Below are positions 8,566-17,026 of a stretch of DNA of 18,552 nt, piece after piece. Position numbers and translations under genes: made by a program. The stretch spans positions 1 through 18,552 of the forward strand of contig JBHLLG010000055.1 of NCBI GenBank assembly GCA_048885925.1, written 5' to 3'. This DNA comes from Candidatus Hermodarchaeota archaeon (GTDB lineage: Archaea > Asgardarchaeota > Lokiarchaeia > Sigyniarchaeales > SOKP01). The notes beneath the pieces are model-generated. The model was not told the origin of the DNA and made no database searches. It saw nothing but the letters and a program-made list of their open reading frames with translations. How positions within the stretch are numbered: the stretch's first letter is position 1; every line of letters begins with the position of its first letter.

Positions 8566-9414
8566 TTAAAATTCAAATCCGCATTTTGTACAAACTAGCT
8601 TTTTTGCGTAGATTGGTTTAGGAATATAACTTAGTATTCGAGTTTTATCTTCAACTTCTTTGACAGCAAATCCAGATGCTCCACAATTAGGACAAATCCT
8701 TCTTCCTGTCCCCCTTTGAACAGATGGGGAAGGAGTGGATGTCGAAGTAGAGGTCATGGAGGGACCAGTAGTATAACTTGTTGTTTGATTTGTTATTCCT
8801 TGCGCTAAGCTAGACGGCATAACAGCCTTAGGTTCTTTCAACTCTTCAATACGCTTTTCTTTATATACTAATTCTTCTTGTAATTTCTTAATTTGTCCTT
8901 GTAATGGTCCAATTTGTTGTTGTAACATAGAATTATGTTGCTGTAATTCCTGAACTTGTTGTTGTAGTCCAGGAATGTGCGCTTGTAATTGAGCATTTTC
9001 ATCAGTTAATTGGTTAACTTGTTGCTGATAAGCTTCATTTGAAGATTGTAAGGATTGTAATTGGTTATTTAATCTATTTACTTGGCTTTCTTTTTCTCTA
9101 AGTTGAGCACTAAATTGCGAACTTTGAGACCTTAATTCATTAACTTGAGCTTGTAACTGACTTAAACTTGAAATTTTTTCTTGGAGTTGTAAAAATATTG
9201 AATCATATTCTTCTTGTGTAGGTCCAATTGAGGGGGAGGGTGTTGATTCAATTGTGGGGGTTAGCCTAGGAGTATAAGTAGGTTGAGAAGGTGGTTGCAA
9301 AGTAGGAGGAGGTGAAAGGGGGGTTACTGAAGGTGGTGGCATTGGTGGCATAGAGAAGGGCTTTTTTTTTCCTTTTTCCTTATATTCGTCATCTCTCTCA
9401 TATTCGTCTGACAT
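8566..9414 (-). CDS. Hypothetical protein: Pro-rich N-terminus, Gln-rich coiled coil, Ser/Thr linker, C-terminal Zn ribbon (282 aa)
   Basis: PPMPPPSVTPLSPPPTLQPPSQP; heptad pattern over residues ~67-194; C-terminal CPNCG...CTKCGFEF with two CxxC pairs. Confidence 0.85.
   Translation of the reverse strand: MSDEYERDDEYKEKGKKKPFSMPPMPPPSVTPLSPPPTLQPPSQPTYTPRLTPTIESTPSPSIGPTQEEYDSIFLQLQEKISSLSQLQAQVNELRSQSSQFSAQLREKESQVNRLNNQLQSLQSSNEAYQQQVNQLTDENAQLQAHIPGLQQQVQELQQHNSMLQQQIGPLQGQIKKLQEELVYKEKRIEELKEPKAVMPSSLAQGITNQTTSYTTGPSMTSTSTSTPSPSVQRGTGRRICPNCGASGFAVKEVEDKTRILSYIPKPIYAKKLVCTKCGFEF
8833..9147 (-). repeat. Five degenerate 21-aa (3-heptad) repeats in the coiled coil
   Basis: QVNEL, QVNRL, QVNQL, QVQEL and QIKKL each begin exactly 21 residues apart (residues 90-194). 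Confidence 0.75.
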
Positions 9415-9446
9415 AATAATCTCTCTATAACTTTTAGATTAATTTT

Positions 9447-9462
9447 TTTTTTATATAAAAAA
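9447..9462 (-). promoter_or_regulatory. Candidate archaeal TATA box within a 16-bp palindrome upstream of the coiled-coil gene
   Basis: TTTTTTATATAAAAAA contains TTTATATA about 40 nt upstream of the ATG at 9414. The AT-rich background limits specificity. Confidence 0.4.
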
Positions 9463-9519
9463 TAGAATAATTATGATTATAGCGTTAATGTAAATATAAA
9501 AGTGTTTGTGTGTTATATC

Positions 9520-10611
9520 TTAAAAACAATTCCAATAAGGACTTAGTTTATCTTTTAATGCAGGAATTAATCTGTTATTAAAATAATCTAATAATTTTGG
9601 TGATGAAGATCTTGGTTCTTCTCGTATTATACTCTCATCTTCATTATTGAGAACTTTTAGACAATTATAAACTGCTCGAGCCTGTTTATCTACTTGATAT
9701 CCCCCTTCTAAAGTTATTAAGACTCTATTATTAGCATACTTTTGTGCTAATGTTTTTATTTTTTTTAAATATTCAGCAGGTGCTTGATAAGTCCAATTCA
9801 TATTAGTTAATTGATCTGTCCAATGTGTATCAAAACCAGCAGAGATTAGGATAAATTCTGGTTTAAATTCTTCACAGATAGGAGCAATGATTTCATTAAA
9901 ATAGATAGGAATAGCATCATCAGCAGAGCCTGCGGGCATTGGGTAATTAATAATCTTACCTACTCCTTTACTTGTTCCAATTTCGTCAAAATTTCCAGTT
10001 CCAGGATAAAAGTAACCATATTGATGAGAGTTAAACATTACCAATTCACCTAATTCTGATTTAGATCCATTATAAAAGATATCTTGTGTGCCATTACCAT
10101 GATGACAATCCCAGTCAAATATAACAACTTTTTTGAATCCCTTTTCTCTAAATAAGTATTCTGCGGCAATAGCAATATTATTGAATATACAAAAACCTGC
10201 AAATCTATGAGAGTTAGAGTGGTGACCAGGAGGTCTTACTAAAGCAAAAGCATTAATGAGATTTCCTTCCAAAATCTCATCAATAGCCTGTAAATTACCA
10301 CCAACTGAAAATAATGATGCTTCATAAGTTTTTGCTGATGCTGCTGTATCCATATCAATATATTGAATACGATGTGTTTTAGCACTTAATTCACAAATTT
10401 CTTGTATTTCTCTAATTAATCTTTCATCATGTACATATTCTATTTGTTCTAAAGTTGCTTTTCTTGGTTTTATTATTTTAAAACTTGGATTATCTAGTAA
10501 TCTATTTTGGTTTAAAAAATCCATGATAGCAATTAATCTTTCATGGCTTTCTACATGAGTTCCGATCTTGTGTTCAAGGTAAATTGGGTCATACACAATC
10601 CCTACAGTCAT
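9520..10611 (-). CDS. Histone deacetylase superfamily protein (Zn-dependent amidohydrolase, HDAC/AcuC/APAH) (363 aa)
   Basis: Intact motifs RPPGHH, GFCIFNN, DWDCHHGNGTQ, SAGFDTH and LEGGY. The substrate cannot be determined from sequence. Confidence 0.95.
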   Translation of the reverse strand: MTVGIVYDPIYLEHKIGTHVESHERLIAIMDFLNQNRLLDNPSFKIIKPRKATLEQIEYVHDERLIREIQEICELSAKTHRIQYIDMDTAASAKTYEASLFSVGGNLQAIDEILEGNLINAFALVRPPGHHSNSHRFAGFCIFNNIAIAAEYLFREKGFKKVVIFDWDCHHGNGTQDIFYNGSKSELGELVMFNSHQYGYFYPGTGNFDEIGTSKGVGKIINYPMPAGSADDAIPIYFNEIIAPICEEFKPEFILISAGFDTHWTDQLTNMNWTYQAPAEYLKKIKTLAQKYANNRVLITLEGGYQVDKQARAVYNCLKVLNNEDESIIREEPRSSSPKLLDYFNNRLIPALKDKLSPYWNCF

Positions 10612-10670
10612 AATTTTATATCTCTTTCTTATTACTTTTAAGATTTTAGATTTATTTATTTTAGTATTTG

Positions 10671-10678
10671 TATATAAA
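10671..10678. promoter_or_regulatory. Candidate TATA box in the divergent HDAC/GTPase intergenic region
   Basis: TATATAAA on plus (TTTATATA on minus), 32 nt before the GTPase ATG and about 60 nt before the HDAC ATG. Confidence 0.35.
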
Positions 10679-10710
10679 CTTAAAAAATTTACTTCATAAA
10701 ATTAATCATA

Positions 10711-11235
10711 ATGGAGAGAACAAAGAAATATACTCTAAAAATTATAATAATTGGAGAACCAGCAGTTGGTAAGACAAGTTTAGTAAAAAAATTCATATCG
10801 GGACAATTTTCAAAAGATTATCGTTCAAGTATTGGAACTAATATTTTTGCTAAAAAAATAAAATTAGAAAATGATATCGATACTTCATTACAGCTTTGGG
10901 ATATTGCTGGACAAGAACGTTGGACAAATATGAGACATCTATATTATGCTGGAGCTAAAGGAGTAATTATTGTAGGAGATTTAACAAGAAGAAGTACATT
11001 TGATCAGATTGAAAGATTTTGGGTTCCAGATGTGAATAAGTATTGTAATCTTGCACCAATTCTTTTACTTGCAAATAAATGTGATTTAGAATCCCAAATA
11101 AGCAATTCTGAGATCATCTCCGTAGGAGAAAGAATTAATGCTTTATCAATTTTTAACACCTCTGCTAAAACAGGTGAGAATGTTGAATCTGCATTTAAAA
11201 TTATTTCTAAGAAAGCAATAAAGATATATTATTAA
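10711..11235 (+). CDS. Rab-like small GTPase of the Ras superfamily, Asgard type (174 aa)
   Basis: G1 GEPAVGKT, G2 region YRSSIG, G3 WDIAGQE, YYAGAKG, G4 NKCD, G5 TSAK. No C-terminal hypervariable tail or CC/CAAX motif. Confidence 0.95.
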   Translation: MERTKKYTLKIIIIGEPAVGKTSLVKKFISGQFSKDYRSSIGTNIFAKKIKLENDIDTSLQLWDIAGQERWTNMRHLYYAGAKGVIIVGDLTRRSTFDQIERFWVPDVNKYCNLAPILLLANKCDLESQISNSEIISVGERINALSIFNTSAKTGENVESAFKIISKKAIKIYY

Positions 11236-11275
11236 AGGTTTATACTCTATGTAAAGAGATGTTATAGCTGTATGA

Positions 11276-13402
11276 CTAATCTGTTTTAATTGTAAATTTA
11301 ATTTGGTTGCTTTTTGGCTCATAAAGAGTCCCTTCTTTAATTAGTTCCTCCAAGGCACTTTCAATGAATTTCTTATCCAAACCCTCTTCTAACTCTAAAA
11401 TTTGAATAACATTACTTTTTTCAAGTGCTTTCCAGTTATTTTCTTCAAATATCTCTTTTAATCTATTCATTAAAGTTTCTAAACGATTTAAATTACTTCT
11501 GGATTGACCGACAAAGATTCTGTCCATATCAATTTTGCCAGTTGTTTCATCATAACCTGTATCTCTAAGATATCTTTTAAATAATTTGATAATTTCATCT
11601 ACATCTTCTTTAAGAACTTTATTTCTTAATGCCATTTTAGCATAAGCTTCACTAAGTCTAACAAGAGCATCTAAATTTCTTGCTAAAATTGAAATTATTG
11701 CATCTTCGCTATCATATTGACCTCTTAATTCTAAATAAAATTCTTTAATTCGTTCTTTTGCATCATCAGATAAAATAGGATTATAATTTCGTCTGGCATG
11801 TTTAATATATTTTTTCAATAGGTCTCGAGAGATTGGTGCTATTGTATTATCATTTTCGTCAAGTAATTCTTCCTTATCTATCATAGAATTTTTTAATATA
11901 AATTCAGCCATTTGAGCATCATCTGCTGGATTAGGTTTATCAATAACTACAAAAATTAAATCAAAGCGGGATAAAAGGGAAGGAGGCAGTCTGATATTTT
12001 GAGTAGGAGTCTTATATCTGTCATATCTTCCAGAATATGGATTAGCTGCTGCTATAATAGCTGTTTGAGCCTTCAATGTAGCAACAATTCCTGCTTTAGC
12101 TATACTCACCGTTTGTTGTTCCATTGCCTCATGGAGGGCTGATCTATCAGCATTGTCCATCTTATCAAATTCATCTATAGCAGCTACACCTCCATTTGCT
12201 AAAACAACAACACCAGCTTCAAGGTTCATTTGACCTGTATCGGTATCTTTTATTACAGCTGCAGTAAGCCCTACTGCAGTAGATCCCTTTCCAGAGGTAT
12301 ATAATCCCCGTGGAGATACGTCTATTGCACTCTTCAAAATTTCTGATTTTCCAGTTCCAGGATCTCCAACAAACAACACATGAATATCTCCTCTTTTATA
12401 GCCTCCTCCTGGTTTTTTCTTCCGGGTTCCAGCAAATAAGCTTAATGCTGAGGCCATTTTTAGATCTTCTCTACCATATATATCGGGAGCTATTGAACGT
12501 GCTATTTTTTTTTGAACAAACGGTTCTTTAGAAAATTTTTCGATTTTTTCCCTGTCTTCTTTAGTAAGATCAATAGTATCTTCAGTTTTATCCTCAGGAT
12601 CTATAAAATTAATATCAAAATAAGTTTTAAATAATGTAGAGTTATAACTTTTAGTTGATTGGGCTAAAACTGACTTATAGATTCCCATTAATTTTACTCT
12701 ATCACCTGGTTTCACACTATCAACTAAATCATATGTTAAAATTGCTTGGACAGATCTCGGAATTCTTCCAGGAGGTAGATCTTCAGGTATTTCTTGAATC
12801 ATTACACTTTGCCAATCAATAAATTCTGAATGTTTTGATAACAATCTAAAATCTGTCTGAGCTTTAGCTTTACACCTTTTGTTTGTACAGAATTTTGGCC
12901 ATCTTATTCTTGAGCTCAATTGAGGTATATCAAACTGAGCTCCACAGATATTACAAATAAAGGTTGCTTTTTCCAATTTGGGTCTAATTGTAGAAGATCT
13001 AACTAAGATACCTTTAGACCACACGAGAGTACTAATATGTTTGGCTCTTAATCCTCTCAAAGGAATTAATAATGAACTTTTTTTATCTTTCGTAGTTATT
13101 CTTACAAAATAATCTTGGCTAGTTAATTGTGTTCCTTGGAATTTTAATAAATTTTTGAATGCTTCTATTGCATCTTCAAGTAAAGCTTCAGGATCAGTTT
13201 TTAACATTTCAGCAATATCAGGATCACTTGCTAGTAAATCTTCATAAAAAATAATTAAAGTATTATCACCTTTAGCATAAATATCATTAATTTGATCTTG
13301 ATATTTATACACACCAGGGCTTTCCTGAAATGACCGATAAAAATCCTCAAAACGCTGAACTTTATTAATTGGTTGAGTAGGACTTGATAATGGTGTTGTC
13401 AT
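11276..13402 (-). CDS. mcm: Replicative helicase MCM (708 aa)
   Basis: Zn finger CNIC...CTNKRC, QEIPEDLPPGRIPRS, Walker A GDPGTGKS, Walker B IDEFDKM, HEAMEQQTVSIAKAG, Arg finger SRFD, and a C-terminal winged-helix-like region. No intein-sized insertion. Confidence 0.98.
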   Translation of the reverse strand: MTTPLSSPTQPINKVQRFEDFYRSFQESPGVYKYQDQINDIYAKGDNTLIIFYEDLLASDPDIAEMLKTDPEALLEDAIEAFKNLLKFQGTQLTSQDYFVRITTKDKKSSLLIPLRGLRAKHISTLVWSKGILVRSSTIRPKLEKATFICNICGAQFDIPQLSSRIRWPKFCTNKRCKAKAQTDFRLLSKHSEFIDWQSVMIQEIPEDLPPGRIPRSVQAILTYDLVDSVKPGDRVKLMGIYKSVLAQSTKSYNSTLFKTYFDINFIDPEDKTEDTIDLTKEDREKIEKFSKEPFVQKKIARSIAPDIYGREDLKMASALSLFAGTRKKKPGGGYKRGDIHVLFVGDPGTGKSEILKSAIDVSPRGLYTSGKGSTAVGLTAAVIKDTDTGQMNLEAGVVVLANGGVAAIDEFDKMDNADRSALHEAMEQQTVSIAKAGIVATLKAQTAIIAAANPYSGRYDRYKTPTQNIRLPPSLLSRFDLIFVVIDKPNPADDAQMAEFILKNSMIDKEELLDENDNTIAPISRDLLKKYIKHARRNYNPILSDDAKERIKEFYLELRGQYDSEDAIISILARNLDALVRLSEAYAKMALRNKVLKEDVDEIIKLFKRYLRDTGYDETTGKIDMDRIFVGQSRSNLNRLETLMNRLKEIFEENNWKALEKSNVIQILELEEGLDKKFIESALEELIKEGTLYEPKSNQIKFTIKTD

Positions 13403-13572
13403 AAAAAATCATACTAATATCTTTCAATATACCTAATTATGCTTGTTATTTTTTAATCCATATTATTAATGAACTATTTTTATTATTGAGTAAATAAATG
13501 ACTATAAAAAGTACAAGACAGTTGCTAAATTTTCTGAATTATAATTTATTCTATCTAGAAGAAGGTTAATCT

Positions 13573-16500
13573 TTAATTTTCTCTTAGTTGCTGGAGAGTT
13601 TCACATATAATTGGATCTTGACTCATTTCACATCTTATTTTTAAAAGAGAAATCACTCTCTTTTTGATCTTTTCATCCTCATACTTTACTGTTCGGCCTA
13701 AAACTAAAGCGATTGAACGTTGAGTTTCTAAGGAACCCTCATCACTTAGATTTTGTAATAATTTTGTTAATATTCGATTGAGCCCTATGTCTTGTATTAT
13801 TTCAACAAAACTATTAATAGCCCGATTTCTTACCTCTTTGGATTGATCTTCTAACAGAATGACAATATCGTCAAAGATTTCTTCAGATTGCCTACTATAA
13901 ATTCTTATTAATCCAGCGGCAGCTTCTCTAACTTTAGGATCATTGCTTTTCAAATTATCTTTTAAAATTTCAAATGGAATATGATAATTATTTACCTCTT
14001 TGATATTTGAAAGAATATTCATGACAGATCTACGAACCCAATTTTGCTCATCATCGAGTGAGGATACGAGATTTTCAATAATTTTACCCTTATCATCAAT
14101 ATGATTAATTATTTTACCTAAACTTGTTACAGCTGCTTCTCTAATTATCCATTCGTCATCAACTAAGGCTTTATTTATCAAAACATCAATAACAGGATAA
14201 GGCAGTTTATATCCAATAAAACCTAAAATTTTTACACCCGCTTCACGAATAAATGAATCGGGATCATTAATTAAATTCAAAATTTCTTGAACTGGAATAA
14301 TATCTGGTGATTCTTTAGCAATTTCTAATAGAGATTTAGATAGAACAATCCTAACAGATAATTCTTGTTTACTTAAAATTTTTAGGAAATCAGAAATGTG
14401 TTGTTTTATTAAAGATGGGTCTTTTTGAGCTACTTTTGAGATAACGCTTGATGCGGTTTTTTTTATTTGTTTGTTTGTATCTTCTTTTAATAATATAAAA
14501 ATTGGCTTTAGATCAATATAATCAATGAAATCTTCAATTATACCATCTATGGAGTTAATTGCGTTTAATCTTATATCTTCATTTTCATTAGAAAAAGAAT
14601 TTATTAAAAATTCAATTACATTTTTTGGATCAACTTTGCCAATCTTGATTAATGTCCTTGAAATTATTCCTTTTGTTATATATTTTGAAATATCTGGTAT
14701 TTTAATTAGATTCTGAATTATTAAATTAGGAAGATCATTATATTTTTCTACTAATATATTTGATATATTTTCTTTTAATTGATCGTTTTCAAATTTTATA
14801 AAAATTAAAAGAGTAGTTAAAATTTTTTCAGGATTGGATTTCCATAATCTCCCAAGAAGAGAAATAACACTATTTAATACTTCAAAATTATTTGGATCTA
14901 TTATATTAAGTATATTGTCAATATCTAAAAGATTTGGTTCTTCTTCATAAAATCTTTCAAGAACTCTTATTGCTGCTTGTCTTGTTTCTTTATTTGAATC
15001 TATTAAACCATCTAAGAAAGGGAGGATTGGAATATTATATTTTTTAAAATTACCAGTTTTAGCGAAAACATTAAATATAGCCGCTCTTACTTTACTTGAA
15101 GGATTTTGCATAAGAGAACTTATTTTATAGAGAAATTTTCGATCAATCTTCTTAAATTCGAGATTTTTAATATTATTAATAGCGGCTGCACTAATTTCAT
15201 TATTTATATGGAAAATTTTGCTCATTAAAAGTTCAATAGGAAGTTTATAAGAATAATCAGCTAAAATGTTAAGAATTTCAACTTCAATCTTGCTATTTGG
15301 ATCATTAACTAATTTTTTGATATTAATAGTTGAAATCAAATCATTATTTTTCTCTAATAATATTCTTAAAATTTTTAATCCTAATAATCTGAATCTCCAC
15401 TCTGGATCTTCGATGATATTTAGAATTGTATCTTTAGGAATTATTTCCAATAAGTTTTCATCGGATTCTAGAAGTATTCTCAAAATAGGTATTGATTTAT
15501 CATAGTTTGGAGATTCTAATGTTTCAATTAACCAAGGTGTTGTTATATTAGGAATATCTTTATGCAACTGATTTAAGATTTTCTTACAGATTTTTCTTGA
15601 ATTCGAATTATCATCGCTAATTCCATCAAATAAAGAATTTTTAAATTTCCAATTATTAAGATCTATTTCATTCTTTAGAGGTATTCTTTCAAACATTAAA
15701 AAAAGAGTTTCTTCAGCATGTTTTCTTATTTTAGGATCATTATGCTTAACTAAATTAAATAATGGGATAGGATCAAATTTTTGACCTGATTCTGAAATTT
15801 TTGAATATCTTATATTTGATATGAATTCATTATTTCTTGCTAAGAAGAAATAGGAAGTAAAAATAATTAATACAATCTCTTCAATTACAGCCGCCCAAGC
15901 AAACATTAAGGAATTTGGTATAATTTGCTTAGTTAGGTTCCAAAGATTGAAAGTATAATATAACTTATTAGGATTTACAATTAAAAAATTAACTAAAACA
16001 TTAATTCCGATAGAAGCCATTAAGTAGGCAGCAAAATAAATATCAATTCCCCGATATTTAATTTTTCTACCCCAAAAGCGGGTGAAATATCCCAATATAC
16101 CAAAAAAAAGAGTCACAAATACAAAAACAGATGACATTGTAGATATTGCAAGGGTACCAGTAAAAAAGAAAATTATTGTTTGAAATAACGAAAACCATGC
16201 CCAAACAAACACAAATAACATTAATCCTAATAGTATATAAGGGGCTGGTTCTGATATAAATTGTTTCATTCCACGTTTACTATTCTCAAAGTTAAGGAAA
16301 ATTGAGCGTCTTATATCTGGAATATGATAATAAGCATTTGAAATTCCAGCAATATATCCTTTAGATCCATAATAAGTTAATATCATTAGAGGATATATTA
16401 GCATCCAAGTTATCCAAATCATTATAAAAGGTAATCCAATTAATGACAAAATTATTGGAGGAACAATAAATACAAGAAGAAAAAAACCTATGGCTATTAA

Positions 16501-16920
16501 TATATTTACATACTTATTATTTGATATGTTAATAATTCTATTACTAATAAATTTATGAAAAGGAGTTAATCCTTCATCAGACTCATGGCTTAATGCAATA
16601 AATAAGAAATCAATTATTGGATAAAATGAAATATAAAGTAAAGAAAAAATAAAAGGTAATATTAATGCTAAAGGATTGAGTTCAGGGGGAGTTGTTTGCC
16701 AAAACTCGGGGGTTCTTAAAGTAAAAATGACTGCAACGGCGAAAACTACCATAATAGATGAGCTAAAAATGAGACCATAAAGAATACATTGAATTCGATC
16801 TTTATGACTAAATTCTCCTTTTTTAATTAGGGCAACTTGTCGATAAATTATATAAAATCCAATGATAAAAAATATTAAAAAAGCAACAAGAATAACAATT
16901 TCAACCAACAAGATTTTCAC
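13573..16920 (-). CDS. Multi-pass membrane protein (~9 TM, residues 1-360) fused to a long HEAT-repeat alpha-solenoid (1115 aa, GTG start)
   Basis: About nine hydrophobic segments, then roughly 16-19 HEAT-like units such as DPKIRKHAEETL, DPEWRFRLLGLKIL, NPSSKVRAAIFNVF, DPDSFIREAGVKIL, DDEWIIREAAVTSLG, NDPKVREAAAGLI and DQSKEVRNRAINSF. Confidence 0.88.
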   Translation of the reverse strand: MKILLVEIVILVAFLIFFIIGFYIIYRQVALIKKGEFSHKDRIQCILYGLIFSSSIMVVFAVAVIFTLRTPEFWQTTPPELNPLALILPFIFSLLYISFYPIIDFLFIALSHESDEGLTPFHKFISNRIINISNNKYVNILIAIGFFLLVFIVPPIILSLIGLPFIMIWITWMLIYPLMILTYYGSKGYIAGISNAYYHIPDIRRSIFLNFENSKRGMKQFISEPAPYILLGLMLFVFVWAWFSLFQTIIFFFTGTLAISTMSSVFVFVTLFFGILGYFTRFWGRKIKYRGIDIYFAAYLMASIGINVLVNFLIVNPNKLYYTFNLWNLTKQIIPNSLMFAWAAVIEEIVLIIFTSYFFLARNNEFISNIRYSKISESGQKFDPIPLFNLVKHNDPKIRKHAEETLFLMFERIPLKNEIDLNNWKFKNSLFDGISDDNSNSRKICKKILNQLHKDIPNITTPWLIETLESPNYDKSIPILRILLESDENLLEIIPKDTILNIIEDPEWRFRLLGLKILRILLEKNNDLISTINIKKLVNDPNSKIEVEILNILADYSYKLPIELLMSKIFHINNEISAAAINNIKNLEFKKIDRKFLYKISSLMQNPSSKVRAAIFNVFAKTGNFKKYNIPILPFLDGLIDSNKETRQAAIRVLERFYEEEPNLLDIDNILNIIDPNNFEVLNSVISLLGRLWKSNPEKILTTLLIFIKFENDQLKENISNILVEKYNDLPNLIIQNLIKIPDISKYITKGIISRTLIKIGKVDPKNVIEFLINSFSNENEDIRLNAINSIDGIIEDFIDYIDLKPIFILLKEDTNKQIKKTASSVISKVAQKDPSLIKQHISDFLKILSKQELSVRIVLSKSLLEIAKESPDIIPVQEILNLINDPDSFIREAGVKILGFIGYKLPYPVIDVLINKALVDDEWIIREAAVTSLGKIINHIDDKGKIIENLVSSLDDEQNWVRRSVMNILSNIKEVNNYHIPFEILKDNLKSNDPKVREAAAGLIRIYSRQSEEIFDDIVILLEDQSKEVRNRAINSFVEIIQDIGLNRILTKLLQNLSDEGSLETQRSIALVLGRTVKYEDEKIKKRVISLLKIRCEMSQDPIICETLQQLREN

Positions 16921-16983
16921 GAGATTTTTAAATTATTAATAAAATAATAATATGTTTATTTCTCTTGTATTATTTTTGTATAG

Positions 16984-17018
16984 TATATAAAAATTTATTA
17001 ATTTATTAAATCTGGTGG
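16984..17018. promoter_or_regulatory. Candidate TATA box (16984-16993) in the divergent HEAT/GINS intergenic region and SD-like GGTGG (17014-17018) for the GINS gene
   Basis: TATATAAAAA (TTTTTATATA on minus); GGTGG lies 8 nt before the TTG at 17027. Confidence 0.4.
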
Positions 17019-17026
17019 AATAATTA

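Noticed and set aside
12310-12531. 73-aa plus-strand ORF
   Set aside because: Antisense to the MCM Walker A region.
11276-13402. Possible intein or mobile-element-borne MCM
   Set aside because: Length and motif spacing are normal with no insertion, and there is no integrase, transposase or att-like repeat nearby.
14525-15505. Two short plus-strand ORFs (63 aa and 79 aa)
   Set aside because: Antisense shadows of the HEAT-repeat gene.
13573-15800. Calling the HEAT protein a PDS5, importin-beta or adaptin ortholog
   Set aside because: Generic HEAT repeats cannot establish orthology by eye, and the multi-TM N-terminus does not match those families.
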